DNA from: Octopus vulgaris
Taxonomy: Eukaryota
Assembly (NCBI GenBank): GCA_951406725.2
Contig: OX597816.1
Location: forward strand, 46,810,001-46,874,000
Length of the DNA stretch: 64,000 bases
Reading direction: 5' to 3'
Below are positions 54,701-62,789 of this stretch, piece by piece (the stretch's first letter is position 1; each line of letters starts with the position of its first letter). Position numbers and translations under genes: made by a program. The notes under the pieces are model-generated. The model did no database searches. It saw only the letters and a list, made by a program, of their open reading frames with translations, and had not been told where the DNA came from.

Positions 54701-55978
54701 TTCTTTGAGTCTTAGGGTTTGGTTTTTAAGTTTTACCAAGTAGAGTCATAACTGTTGTAAACAATGTATAAGAAATACCATAGTCTCAAAATATAGAATG
54801 TACTGCCATTAGTCGTCAGTAAATGCTTGATTTGAAATGGAAGTTTAAATGATTCTTTGTGGAGTATTATTTGTTGAACCAAAAATAACACTCTTTTAGC
54901 AGTGCATTTATTTTTTGATCTTTTTTATAGATTAGTCTGAGAGGAAAGGGCAGGTCTTGTAAACTTCAAGACAAAGACAAAAAAAAAAAAAAAGAGACAT
55001 GATGGCATGGCAGTAGACTCTGTTAAAAAGTACTCAACAGCCATGTGGAGGTGCTAAACTGGATAATTGATTAAGTTCCCCAACCCAAAAATAAGTGCAA
55101 ACCAGCCAATGGCCTTTAGCAGTTTCTGTTTACCTAATTTCATTCAGAAAGCTTGGATTGATCTGAAACTAGGACAGAAAACACTTCCCCTTGGTGCTGC
55201 AAAGTGAGATTGAATACTGAACCACTAGACTGCAAGCAGAGTTTATAACCGTTTGACCATGCATGTACCTATCTGTATTGTGTCTTGGAACCACATATAG
55301 TCTGACAAACATAACAGTGGATTTATTATAGGTTTCTTCATTGTTAATTTAGAAAAAAGAACATTAGTATAAATAAAAATTAAGAAGTAAGAAAAAAAAA
55401 AATTATACAAACCAATATTTGGAACCTGCTGCTGTTGCAAGAGTCGGGAAGCTGCCATCATTCATCAAACATTCAATATCAAATACTAAAGTTTCTTCTT
55501 CAGGATAATCAACACTTGTAGCTGTCCCGGTTGCATCATATCTTGTCCAACCTTTACGAAAGCACCACTCTTTTGGTTGTGGAGGTAAAGTAGTATTTTT
55601 TAGTTGATTAAGAAATTCAACATAATCCGCTGTTTGTCTCTGAGCAATGTTACGGAAGTGTTCATCAATATCCCTTCCTTGTAATTTTGGAAGCTTGAAG
55701 CTAACATCTGGTATCATAGTTGGTGTACCGTGCAGTAGGTTGTGTCTTCTGAGGTGTTCAAGAGAGAGATTAACTGTTTCCTGATCAACTGGTGTCCTTT
55801 CGGGAAATATTTGCTGGTGAAGATTTTCTGATAACATCTGGATTTTAATTGCACTCATGCAGGGCTGAGTACTTTCAGAACTTTGTCGAGTAATGGTCTT
55901 GTGTAAATACCTTCTTTGGCACCATCTTAGGCCACTGGTATATAATACCCTCCATTGACTCATTATTTTCCTTTGCAT
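2631..55978 (-). CDS. POLG: DNA polymerase gamma catalytic subunit, full spliced CDS (22 coding exons, 1141 aa)
   Basis: Exons join in frame through GT-AG introns. Motifs: ExoI LVFDIE, Exo[11 protein letters not shown], ExoIII YCSKDV, Pol[11 protein letters not shown], Pol[17 protein letters not shown], PolC SIHDEVRY. Exon lengths sum to 3426 nt. Confidence 0.96.
3346..3650. mobile_element. Foldback MITE
   Basis: About 100-bp imperfect inverted arms, 3346-3452 and 3553-3650. Confidence 0.7.
4005..4122 (-). CDS. POLG: POLG exon 21
   Basis: [28 protein letters not shown] / GTAAGG. Confidence 0.95.
6995..7246 (-). CDS. POLG: POLG exon 20 (Pol motif C)
   Basis: [20 protein letters not shown]...[10 protein letters not shown]...DLPQ. 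Confidence 0.96.
8977..9278. mobile_element. piggyBac-type MITE
   Basis: TTAA CCCTTAAAC ... GTTTAAGGG TTAA. Confidence 0.75.
9372..9486 (-). CDS. POLG: POLG exon 19
   Basis: [12 protein letters not shown]...[14 protein letters not shown] / GTAAAT. Confidence 0.94.
10595..10624 (-). CDS. POLG: POLG exon 18, 30-nt micro-exon
   Basis: ttatttcAG / C GCT GAG ACT GGA AGT TGG GTT GGA GGC AG / GTGTGT; supplies WVGGS of the conserved WxGG(S/T)ES motif. Confidence 0.88.
10885..11045 (+). pseudogene. Mariner transposase C-terminal remnant
   Basis: [22 protein letters not shown]-like end. Confidence 0.6.
11130..11520 (-). pseudogene. Mariner transposase N-terminal remnant, next to the LTR insertion site
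   Basis: [36 protein letters not shown]. Confidence 0.75.
11525..11940 (-). repeat. 3' LTR (416 bp)
   Basis: Preceded on the minus strand by PPT GGAGGGGAGCCC (11941-11952). Confidence 0.96.
12070..15304 (-). CDS. pol: Retrotransposon Pol (PR, RT, RNase H, integrase); two 1-nt frameshifts in this assembly
   Basis: VDTGS protease, YVDDIL RT, TVDASD/RELLAI/TDHKPL RNase H, HHCC and D-D-35-E integrase; breaks at G5 runs 14082-14086 and 13099-13103. Confidence 0.92.
15295..16032 (-). CDS. gag: Retrotransposon Gag
   Basis: MASGLPSF...WFAQVESHF...[13 protein letters not shown]...[18 protein letters not shown]. Confidence 0.9.
   Translation of the reverse strand: MASGLPSFTGDAGLWFAQVESHFAAHTIPPQQQLHLLYSSLPSRLATSVRDLIVSPHPDATYASVKAEILHRNTRSEESQFNELMADEQLGDRTPSQFLRHLRELSGNAADAPLLRKIFFSRLPAHVQTMLATALDAVSVDQIATMADKVLEFSRPSPSRGLYACTEPPPTPPTNDKLAENIDALTRRIDDLCRAIGRQSRSRSSSISRSRSDSVSRSGWCWYHLRYAEKADRCTQPCTFKPSEN
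16408..16417 (-). promoter_or_regulatory. Primer-binding site TGGTGACCCC (tRNA-Trp 3' end)
   Basis: 2 nt inside the 5' LTR boundary; complementary to ...GGGGTCACCA. Confidence 0.85.
16420..16837 (-). repeat. 5' LTR (418 bp)
   Basis: Near-identical to 11525-11940; adjacent PBS. Confidence 0.96.
17301..17440 (-). CDS. POLG: POLG exon 17 (Pol motif B)
   Basis: [11 protein letters not shown]...ATKGNR / GTAAGT. Confidence 0.95.
18006..18315 (+). mobile_element. tRNA(Arg)-like SINE with a different 3' tail
   Basis: Shares about 180 nt of head and core with 53778, then diverges. Confidence 0.8.
18459..18565 (-). CDS. POLG: POLG exon 16
   Basis: [36 protein letters not shown] / GTAATG. Confidence 0.95.
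19671..19806 (-). CDS. POLG: POLG exon 15 (Pol motif A)
   Basis: [38 protein letters not shown]. Confidence 0.95.
20205..20608 (+). mobile_element. tRNA-derived SINE (Nin/Deu-like core) with tandemly duplicated 3' half
   Basis: B-box GAGTTCAAATTC; 15-bp TSD AGATCTAGCAACTTA. Confidence 0.85.
21003..21505 (+). mobile_element. Internally deleted LTR element (short LTR, gag fragment, 3' LTR end)
   Basis: TG..CA LTR 21003-21188; gag-like [15 protein letters not shown]; repeated end GTTTGGGTTTATARCA; TSD GTAAC/GTGAC. Confidence 0.7.
21759..21994 (+). mobile_element. SINE, same family as 20205
   Basis: Near-identical body; TSD TATTGTTGAT. Confidence 0.85.
22302..22419 (-). CDS. POLG: POLG exon 14
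   Basis: [30 protein letters not shown] / GTATGT. Confidence 0.95.
22737..23124 (-). mobile_element. Abundant tRNA-derived SINE (second family, internal TA/CA microsatellite)
   Basis: A-box TGGCTGTGTGG, B-box GGTTCAGTCCC; many copies, e.g. 1-240, 5950-6365, 30470-30780, 35400-35772, 42632-42938, 48345-48730. Confidence 0.85.
23400..23790 (+). mobile_element. LINE 3' fragment
   Basis: [12 protein letters not shown]...GSPKKMW; (TGGA)n tail. Confidence 0.7.
23944..24343 (+). mobile_element. Non-autonomous Helitron
   Basis: A|TC start, GC hairpin GCCCAAGCAACGCTGGGC, CTAG|T end, no TSD. Confidence 0.85.
24443..24496 (-). CDS. POLG: POLG exon 13
   Basis: [18 protein letters not shown] / GTAGGT. 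Confidence 0.92.
   Translation of the reverse strand, partial: VTNGCLGKAQRTSSCSH
25226..25386 (-). CDS. POLG: POLG exon 12
   Basis: [15 protein letters not shown]...[11 protein letters not shown]. Confidence 0.92.
25934..25968 (+). ncRNA. Minimal hammerhead ribozyme motif in a Penelope/retrozyme-like repeat (25863-26075)
   Basis: GTTT CTGACGA A GAGC tct GCTC GAAA CAT TA AAT. Confidence 0.6.
26318..26537 (+). mobile_element. SINE, same family as 20205
   Basis: TSD TAAATAACCAGG. Confidence 0.85.
27190..27730 (+). mobile_element. Decayed RTE-like LINE fragment
   Basis: Degenerate WAGHL..M..RLPK, GGQKK.FKDTLK. Confidence 0.6.
27888..27983 (-). CDS. POLG: POLG exon 11
   Basis: YHTGEGPF...YFFKIPHK / GTAATT. 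Confidence 0.92.
28377..28607 (+). mobile_element. SINE, same family as 20205
   Basis: 18-bp TSD GGTACTGGTGCCACATAA. Confidence 0.85.
29919..30140. mobile_element. piggyBac-type MITE
   Basis: TTAA CCCTTT ... AAAGGG TTAA; diverged relative near 19960-20143. Confidence 0.75.
30221..30374 (-). CDS. POLG: POLG exon 10 (variable spacer)
   Basis: Open frame between ttttAG and GTAAGG; phase fits both neighbours; low sequence conservation. Confidence 0.75.
32197..32496 (-). CDS. POLG: POLG exon 9
   Basis: WYRKLCPR...[27 protein letters not shown]...GWGYLVP. Confidence 0.93.
34573..35108. mobile_element. Old MITE with about 115-bp diverged TIRs
   Basis: 34573-34691 is the reverse complement of 34994-35108. 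Confidence 0.65.
35149..35267 (-). CDS. POLG: POLG exon 8
   Basis: KKVSV...HKPGYPE / GTAAGA; joins the PGYPxWYRKL motif. Confidence 0.88.
36354..36727 (-). mobile_element. SINE, same family as 22737
   Basis: High identity to 22737-23124. Confidence 0.85.
37675..37750 (-). CDS. POLG: POLG exon 7
   Basis: [14 protein letters not shown]...PAK / GTAAGT. Confidence 0.92.
37860..37945. repeat. Perfect 43-bp tandem duplication
   Basis: TGCCTTTAATTGCA...TTGGGGTAGA twice. Confidence 0.9.
38554..38964 (-). mobile_element. SINE, same family as 22737
   Basis: High identity to 22737-23124. Confidence 0.85.
39902..40218 (-). mobile_element. Solo LTR of a related Gypsy subfamily
   Basis: TGTAAC...CACTACA ends; last ~90 nt nearly identical to the LTRs above, remainder diverged; no TSD found. 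Confidence 0.8.
40501..40683 (-). CDS. POLG: POLG exon 6
   Basis: [24 protein letters not shown]...LADTACELL; AG/GT borders in phase. Confidence 0.93.
41276..41636 (-). mobile_element. Probable solo LTR
   Basis: GC-rich island with TG..CA ends and a minus-strand AATAAA placed as in the other LTRs; no TSD seen. Confidence 0.45.
42273..42625 (+). mobile_element. Mariner 5' fragment
   Basis: [29 protein letters not shown]; begins after a TA run. Confidence 0.65.
43067..43146 (-). CDS. POLG: POLG exon 5 (ExoIII)
   Basis: [17 protein letters not shown]...LSR / GTTAGT. Confidence 0.92.
44764..44904 (-). CDS. POLG: POLG exon 4
   Basis: [17 protein letters not shown]...VREDFQ / GTTTGT. Confidence 0.9.
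45837..46231 (+). mobile_element. Non-autonomous Helitron (second family)
   Basis: A|TC start, hairpin CCCGAGCAAAGCCGGG, CTAG|T end. Confidence 0.85.
46265..46423 (-). CDS. POLG: POLG exon 3
   Basis: [16 protein letters not shown]...NEEI / GTAAGT. Confidence 0.9.
47836..48031 (-). CDS. POLG: POLG exon 2 (ExoII)
   Basis: tttacAG / YSWCS...[21 protein letters not shown] / GTAAAA. Confidence 0.93.
49190..49800. repeat. 157-bp tandem repeat, about 4 units, inside a LINE 3' UTR
   Basis: CAATTTCACTTGGCT recurs at 49232, 49389, 49546, 49703. Confidence 0.9.
50330..50775 (+). mobile_element. RTE-like LINE 3' end
   Basis: [14 protein letters not shown]...GGQPKTW; short tandem tail ACAAGT ACAAGT AAGT. 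Confidence 0.8.
51172..52080 (-). mobile_element. LINE 3' end with (CAT)n tail
   Basis: RT C-terminus [13 protein letters not shown]...GRGRPRKT; same tail at 750-945, 38041-38330, 49040-49905. Confidence 0.8.
53778..54165 (+). mobile_element. tRNA(Arg)-like SINE (octopus OR-type)
   Basis: TGGCCCAGTGGTTAGGGC head; 13-bp TSD ATTGCTAAGACCT. Confidence 0.8.
55413..55978 (-). CDS. POLG: POLG coding exon 1 (Arg-rich presequence-like N-terminus, ExoI)
   Basis: ATG at 55978 lies 3 nt after an acceptor ttttAG, implying an upstream UTR exon. [10 protein letters not shown]...LVFDIECL...KYW; donor GTTTGT. Confidence 0.93.
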
Positions 55979-56269
55979 CAACTAAAACAGACAATACCTT
56001 CTTTTAATAAGACATAAGGTTAATTTTGTATGATGGTGGGGGAGGGGTTAAAAGGTATTGTTGATTAAATTAATCTGTTACAGTTTACTAATAAATATAT
56101 GCAGCTGGTATTTATTGTGTTGCTACTAAGAGTTTCATGCTATTACCTGTTTTGTTATGCAATAAAGGCTATTATGAATTGAAGGCTTTGGAAATTTTGA
56201 AAATAAATCAAGATTCTGATTTTAGGACATGAAGCACTAAGTAGATATACAAGAAGTACCAGTTACATA

Positions 56270-57521
56270 CGAGGAGCGTTCAATAAGTAATGCAGTTACT
56301 TGCAGTTGTTTGATCTAGCTGAAATTTTGCATGTGCACTTATTTATACCTCTATAGATTAAGTGGCGAATTACAGCTCTGAACTAATTGTGGTTTCTGAT
56401 TTACAGGTGTTTGAACTGAGTCAAGTGTGAAATGGAGCCTGTTGAGTGTCGAGCAGTGATCTGGTTTTTGTATTTGAAAGGATGCACACCACGGGAGACT
56501 TTTGATGAAATGAAAGTAACTTATGGTGATAATGCCCCATCATATGACCTTGTAAAACGCTGGCATTGTGAATTCAAACATAGTCGGAACTCTGTGGAAA
56601 CAGCTCCCAGATCTGGTCGCCCCCTTCTGCCGTTGATGAGACGTCTGTCTGTCAAGTTGAGGCTGCCATTTTGGAAGGTCAACGCATAACTATTCGCCAA
56701 ATAGCCCATAAGGTCAAGATTAGTACCGGGTCTGTGGAAACTATCATTCATGACCATTTGCATATGCAAAAGGTGTCTGCCAGATGGATTTCCAGGTTGC
56801 TCACACCTTTCCAGAGGCAAGAATGCGTTGAGTGCTCGAGGATGAATTTGGAGATGTGCCAAAATTTTTCAAAAGACTGATCACACAGGATAAAACCTGG
56901 GTCCATCACTATGATCCATAGACCAAAGCCCAGTCAATGCAGTGAAAGCACCGTGACTCACCTCCTCCAAAGAAGGCAAGGGTGCAGCCCTCCGCTGACA
57001 AGATTATGCTCACAGTCTTCTGGGACCAGGACGGAGTAGTGATGACAGATTTCCTGGCAAAGGGTACCACAATTACAGGAGCCTATTATGCTTCACTTTT
57101 GAGGAAATTAAGAGAAGCTATCGAAATCAAGAGGCGGGGCAAGATCAGCAAAGGCATCCTCCTCCTGCAGGACAACGCTCCGGTCCACAACTCGCGTGTC
57201 GCCAGATCAGAAGCACAGGCGTGCAGCTATGAACTCCTCCCCTTGCACCCTCTGATTTTCACCTCTTCCCAGCCATGAAGTTGATTTTGAAAGGAAAGCG
57301 TTTCCCAGATGATGCAGCCTTGATTTCTGAAGTCACGTCGTGGTTGGAGGACCAAGCTGGGGTCTTCTACAAAAACGGTCTCCAGAGCTGTATCAAACGA
57401 TGGGAGAAATGCATAACTCTGGGTAGTTCCTATGTAGGAAAAGACTAATAACTGTGCCAAGTGTCGTTGCTCTACTGCTATGGGAAGTGGGTCAGGGGCA
57501 TTACTTATTGAACGCCCCTCG
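56270..57521 (+). mobile_element. Full-length decayed mariner (Tc1/mariner) transposon
   Basis: TIRs CGAGGRGCGTTCAATAAGTAATGC, TA TSD on both sides, 1252 bp. Confidence 0.95.
56432..57448 (+). pseudogene. Mariner transposase pseudogene
   Basis: HTH N-terminus, VSARWISR (WVPR-like), QDKTWVH, LLQDNAPVH, APSDFHLF; several frameshifts and stops. Confidence 0.93.
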
Positions 57522-57895
57522 TAAGGTACAATGAAAATTATATATTTTCTTCCATTTGAAATGCAAAGAATATACATAAATATGTGTGTAGATATATGTT
57601 TGTGTGTGTATATGATTTTTTACAAGAATACACAAGAACTTTAACAAGAAAAAGGTCGACAGTGACTTCAAAGTTTCAGTTTGCTTGTCTTCATCAGGTT
57701 ATCTGAAGGCAAGCAAGCCAAAAATTCAAAGTCACTGCAATTAATATACGTTTACATTTAAAGCTGTAAGAACAGCAGAGAAAGATTGGATATTTTTCCA
57801 ATCTTTGTCTGTTGTTCTTACAGCTTTACTGCATTTGAAATTTACTTATCTGTAAAATACCAAACACATTCAATGCTTCCAAAGTTTATATATAA

Positions 57896-58172
57896 TGGAA
57901 GGTGTTTATAAGCCATTTAAGAAACACATAAAACCGTTAGATTCACTTCATTTAAATTTAATTTGTCAAAATATTTTCGTCGCTTTGAGACTGCGACCTG
58001 TTCACTGACAAAGCTTCATGCTGCATCAAAGCTTCAAGATGCAGCACAAAGCTTTGTCAGTGAACAGGTCGTGGTCTCAAAGCGCTGAAAATATTTTGAC
58101 AAATTAAATTTAAATGTTGAAGTGAATCTTAAGGTTTTGTGTGTTTCTTAAATGGCTTATAAACACCTTCCA
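57896..58172. repeat. Near-perfect 277-bp palindrome
   Basis: About 132-bp arms around a 10-nt loop at 58028-58037. Confidence 0.9.
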
Positions 58173-58885
58173 CGCTGCAATTGTTTCTGTTCCAGCACAC
58201 GATCTCAGATCAAGTCACTTGCTATGCAAGTACATCTCCGTAAAGTTTATATATATTTTTGATTAATGAAAGAGATGGAAGATACATGAAAGTTTATTGA
58301 TCACTGCAATTGTTTCGACCCATCTAGCATTGATCCTTCACAGGTGGGATACTGAATATCTTAAGTGTATTCGGTGTAGATGTGTTTCCTCAGGTGATTA
58401 CAAGCTGTATTTCGTTAAAATAACATCTATTCTACAAGATTTCTTCTTAGTATTTGTATATAAAAGCAGCAAATTAAGGGATACAGCTTCATTATCATAG
58501 AAGATCAATAACAAACATCAGATGCAAAAAGAAACAAATACACAATACAGCGCAAAAAGTATGAGATGTAACCATCAGTAGATGTGGATGTAGATATTTA
58601 GTATCTGACCCATGAGGGATCGATGCTAGAGGAGCTGAAACATTTGTAGTAACCAATAAATTTTCTCGTATCTTCCTTCATCACTGATTCCACACCTCCA
58701 TTGGGACTTACATACCATGTACAGGAAACTTTTTTTACCACTTCTATACACCATCTTCCTCGAATAATGGAACTGTAACTGCAATATCTTTATATATCTT
58801 ATTTCTACTTTCATTCTCTTATTTTCCTCTATATATCCTATCTCCTCCTTTTCCATAATAATTCAAACTCAGATATTTTCTCACA

Positions 58886-58937
58886 CAGTCTCTGATGAAG
58901 GGATATCCATAATATCCCAGAAACAGCTGTAAGGATA
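58886..58937 (+). ncRNA. Minimal hammerhead ribozyme motif
   Basis: CTGATGA A GGGATAT ccata ATATCCC A GAAA CAGCTG TA. Confidence 0.6.
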
Positions 58938-60147
58938 TTTCATTATAAATGTCATGAAAACTCCTCACAACCTTGGCTTTATCTCATTCTGTATAATATA
59001 TATATATGCATGCTAATAGAAAACTCGCATTAGACTCCTCACTCGTATCATTATCAAGCTAAAAGTTTAACTACGGTCTGTCCATAGCATGGGTGACTGC
59101 TAGTCTTCGATAAACAACCGTGCCCGGACTTGTACCTAGGAGGGTAACTTTCTATGTGCAATCCCATGGTCATTTGTGACCGAAGGGGGTCTCCGACTCT
59201 GACATACACACATATACATATACTACACAGGCATACAAAACAGCAACAATCAAAATATTGCATGCATTCATGCTTCTCTGCTGTAATGTAACTGTTTCAA
59301 AGACTAACCTTTCCTTATAGACAACATGTGCAAACAATGCACATGCCTCAAAGGACAGTTGGAATACTAAACACAATGTTTTGGAGCACTACTAAACATA
59401 TAAATACATAAATATGCAGACAGCTTATTTGAAACTGAGCAAGGCGGTTATGTGAACAAATAGATAGAAAAGTATACTCATTGAACTGTGAGTAACAGTA
59501 ATCGTATGTAATTAAATATTTATTGCTGACTGTACAAAGAAGTTCCATCCCACCAACCATGATCACCACCCTCACAGGCATCACCTAACAGCACGGTGAG
59601 AGGCGAGCTGCCAACGTTGACAAGCACTTTGCAGTTAGTGATACAGTCCCTCCGAACATCTCAAACGCCACAGGTTGGAAGAGATAGTTCACTGTTTACC
59701 AGATACTGCAGGGTTTTCTTCCGTTGACTACAGAAACAGTGACCCTCCCATTAACTGCAGCATCCAGGATAGGATGTGGGAGGGAGCAAAGGAGTCGCAG
59801 ACTGTGGCGTCCCAAATAAGGCACCTACTTCTAACCCAGGGACAGAGGGTAAGACCATCTGGTCTCTTTCCATCACTTCTGGATAACCTCAATGGCTCCA
59901 GAACTGAGGGAATATTAATCCAAGCCAGAGCCCGCTTAATGATTAGGTTTAGTTATGTGTAGCAAGCGAAGTGACCAGCATTAACCCTCTTAGCGTACAT
60001 GCTAGAAGTAACAATCAAATCTTCCTCAAAACAAACCTTATGGGTTTTCTGTAAAAAGTGGAAAAAGCACTGGATACTGTGATCTTAGATATATTATTTT
60101 TATATGAAAAGCGCAATGATTATAGTTGGAACAACAACAACAAAAGA

Positions 60148-60762
60148 AAAGTTTGGTAAAATTTCTGGAATCAAGTACCCTGACCTCCTAATATGGCAAA
60201 TCCCTTATTTTGGTTTGGAAAAGGGAGGCGCGAAGGGGAAACCCCACCGTCCCGGAATCATTGGAAAATCTTTTTTTTCGTTGAATGAATTCCTGTGACA
60301 TACTAATATTCTACAAAACCCTTTTGGGGGTCCGAAAAACGGAGTGGGGTGAGGTGGAAGACTCGGAAATTTCACTCACCCCCACCCTATTGATCTTTTC
60401 ACTTGCACGATTTTCACTAAGGAAAAAAAAATTCCAATGAATCTAGGACGGATTTCCCTAACCCTGAAAAGATCAATGGGTTGATGTGGGTGAAATTTCC
60501 GAGGCTTCCACCTCACCCCACTCCGTTTTTCGAACCCCAAAAAAAGGTTTTGTAGCATATTAGGATGTCACAAGAATTCATTCAAGGCAAAAAAAAAAAA
60601 AAAAAAAAAAAAAAATGAATCCACCTCTTTTTCCGAAGCAAAATAAGGGATTTACAGCATATTAGGAAGTCAGGGAACTTGATTCCACGCAAAAAATCTG
60701 ATTTTTTTTTTTTTCTTTAGTGAAAATCGTGCGAGTGTCATTCTGAAACTTTACCAAACTTT
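60148..60762. repeat. Complex multi-segment inverted repeat
   Basis: Five segments, each present twice in opposite orientation. Confidence 0.85.
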
Positions 60763-60818
60763 CTGTGAATAAAGTGGCCAGGTCAGCTCATAACTAAAGA
60801 GCAGTGAAAAGCAATAAA

Positions 60819-61017
60819 GTTAAAGTCTGGTCATAGAGTGACCAACAGTTTCGCATCCACGAAGGCCGAAGCTTTGTGGACAGCTGATAAGACTCTATAC
60901 CTTTCGCGTTATTGCTTTTTCAAAATATTTCACTTTTAATTGGTCTGATAAGCTGTCTACAAAGCTGCATCTTTCGCGGATACGAAACCATCGGTCACTC
61001 TATGACCAGACTTTAAC
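60819..61017. mobile_element. MITE with long TIRs, TTAA/TWA target (Kolobok- or Harbinger-like)
   Basis: GTTAAAGTCTGGTCATAGAGTGACC and its exact reverse complement; pairing extends about 65 bp. Confidence 0.75.
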
Positions 61018-61746
61018 ATCTTGCAACACAAATTCATGAACATTATATATTAAATATATATATAATCTCAAAATTAAATAGAAACCGGATTGTGTCTGCA
61101 CAGATGAAAATAACAAAGGATGTCTTTACTTCTGGGAAGAGTATGTTGTCTGTGTGCGTGTTGTATGTAGTTAATACGTAATAAGAAAGGCGATGGATAT
61201 TTAATACACTTCAGCATAACAACACTACAATGCTTTGGTTTTCAGTAATTAAAAGTGAAATGTTTTCATAAAGCAGTAACGCGAAACTTATCGTAAACAA
61301 CTGTTGGAAAAAATAGGAAAGGGAAAAAAGAAAACAGTTCTTCTACTGTTGTGTTGTATTTATATAATTGCAATTTTTACAAGTCATTAATGGCATAGTT
61401 AATATATATACATATTTAAAACACACGTGTTACCGGCATAACTTGTGTAAGCAACGATGTCAGTATATCTTGTGTTGTTCCTTTTAATACTTCAGACACT
61501 TCATTATGAATGACATTCAAAACAGCGGGAAAATATTGCAGCGCATTCAAAGAAGTATAGTCCTCTAGAATTAAAGCAACAGAAATTTATTATTTATTAT
61601 TAATAGGAATTGTGAACAACAAAATGTTACGTAAAATATAATTTTTTTAAAAACTTACAATGAGGTTGATAGGCAGGATAGTCGATGTTCATAACTTACA
61701 TACTAGGTGAGTGTGTGTGTATACACATGCTAAATACCGATTAAAT

Positions 61747-61760
61747 GGGCGGACCAATCA
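61747..61760. promoter_or_regulatory. Adjacent GC box and CCAAT box, possible promoter
   Basis: GGGCGGACCAATCA in repeat-poor DNA upstream of POLG. Confidence 0.3.
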
Positions 61761-62789
61761 GAGAGATTCTGGGCAGCTGTTCGAACTGGTAGAAATAGCA
61801 GCCAAATCTCCCTCAAATTGCTGCGATAGTTTTAAATAAAGAGGAATCATTGATCAATATAGTGCATACTTATAAATGAATAAATAAATAAAAAGGGTTG
61901 TGCACGTTTGGAATGCTTTTGATCATGAATCTCGACCAGGACTAACCAATGGCAACAACTAGTATTTATGATGGAAGAAAAGAGCGGAGGAACCAAGAAG
62001 GTGAATTTTGATGCTAAAGTTTGTTATAGACTGACGAATAGCTCATTTAACATGCCATTAACGTTTTTAAAAATTTTTTTGTTTAATTCTTTCGTAAATC
62101 ATTAACAGTAAGGATAATTGATAAAAACTACTGCATTCGAATTGTTGCTGTTGTTGTTCAGCCCTAGGTCATGAGCAGAACCATGGTTAAATGCGTTCTA
62201 AGAACTATAGCATGTCCTTCCTTCTGTTTATTTTATTTATCTATTTATTCATTCATTAAGATAGTACAATGTGGCTTAAATGAATTTCATTACTATTTCG
62301 TATTTTTCATGGTATTTTGCTTGGGGGATGAGGGAAGAGGTAAAAGATTCGAAATAGAAAAATTGCCGAAACTCTGTGAGAAATATTGGTACCAGTTACG
62401 AAGAAATAATCTATTATATGAAACCTGGAACTCTAGAACAGAGTATATATAAATAACTAATTGTAACATTTACACTTTGCCCTGAAAACATTAAAGCAAA
62501 AAAAAATAATAATTTAGTCATGGATTTGATTTACCAAGAATTTACTGCACCATCTGAAGAAAACGGGTGTTTTTTTTTACTTCGTTTCATTATCTTTTTT
62601 TTTATCGGTAAGCATAAGACCTTTGAAGGTGACGAAGTTGCAGAATCGTTCGCACGTTGGACAAAATGTTTAGAGACATTTCTTCTGGATCTTTACATTC
62701 TGAGTTCAAATCCTGTTGAAGTGAACCTTGCTTTCATCCATTTGGGGGTCAATAAAATAAGTATCGATCATGTTCTACTGGGGTCAATG

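Noticed and set aside
55243-55461. Alternate-frame ORF with a short poly-Q overlapping POLG exon 1 (possible POLGARF analogue)
   Set aside because: It overlaps the exon by only about 16 codons, runs into AT-rich intron, and has no recognisable similarity.
59550-59962. GC-richer stretch with a 95-aa ORF
   Set aside because: No recognisable domain or splice structure; probably an unclassified TE remnant.
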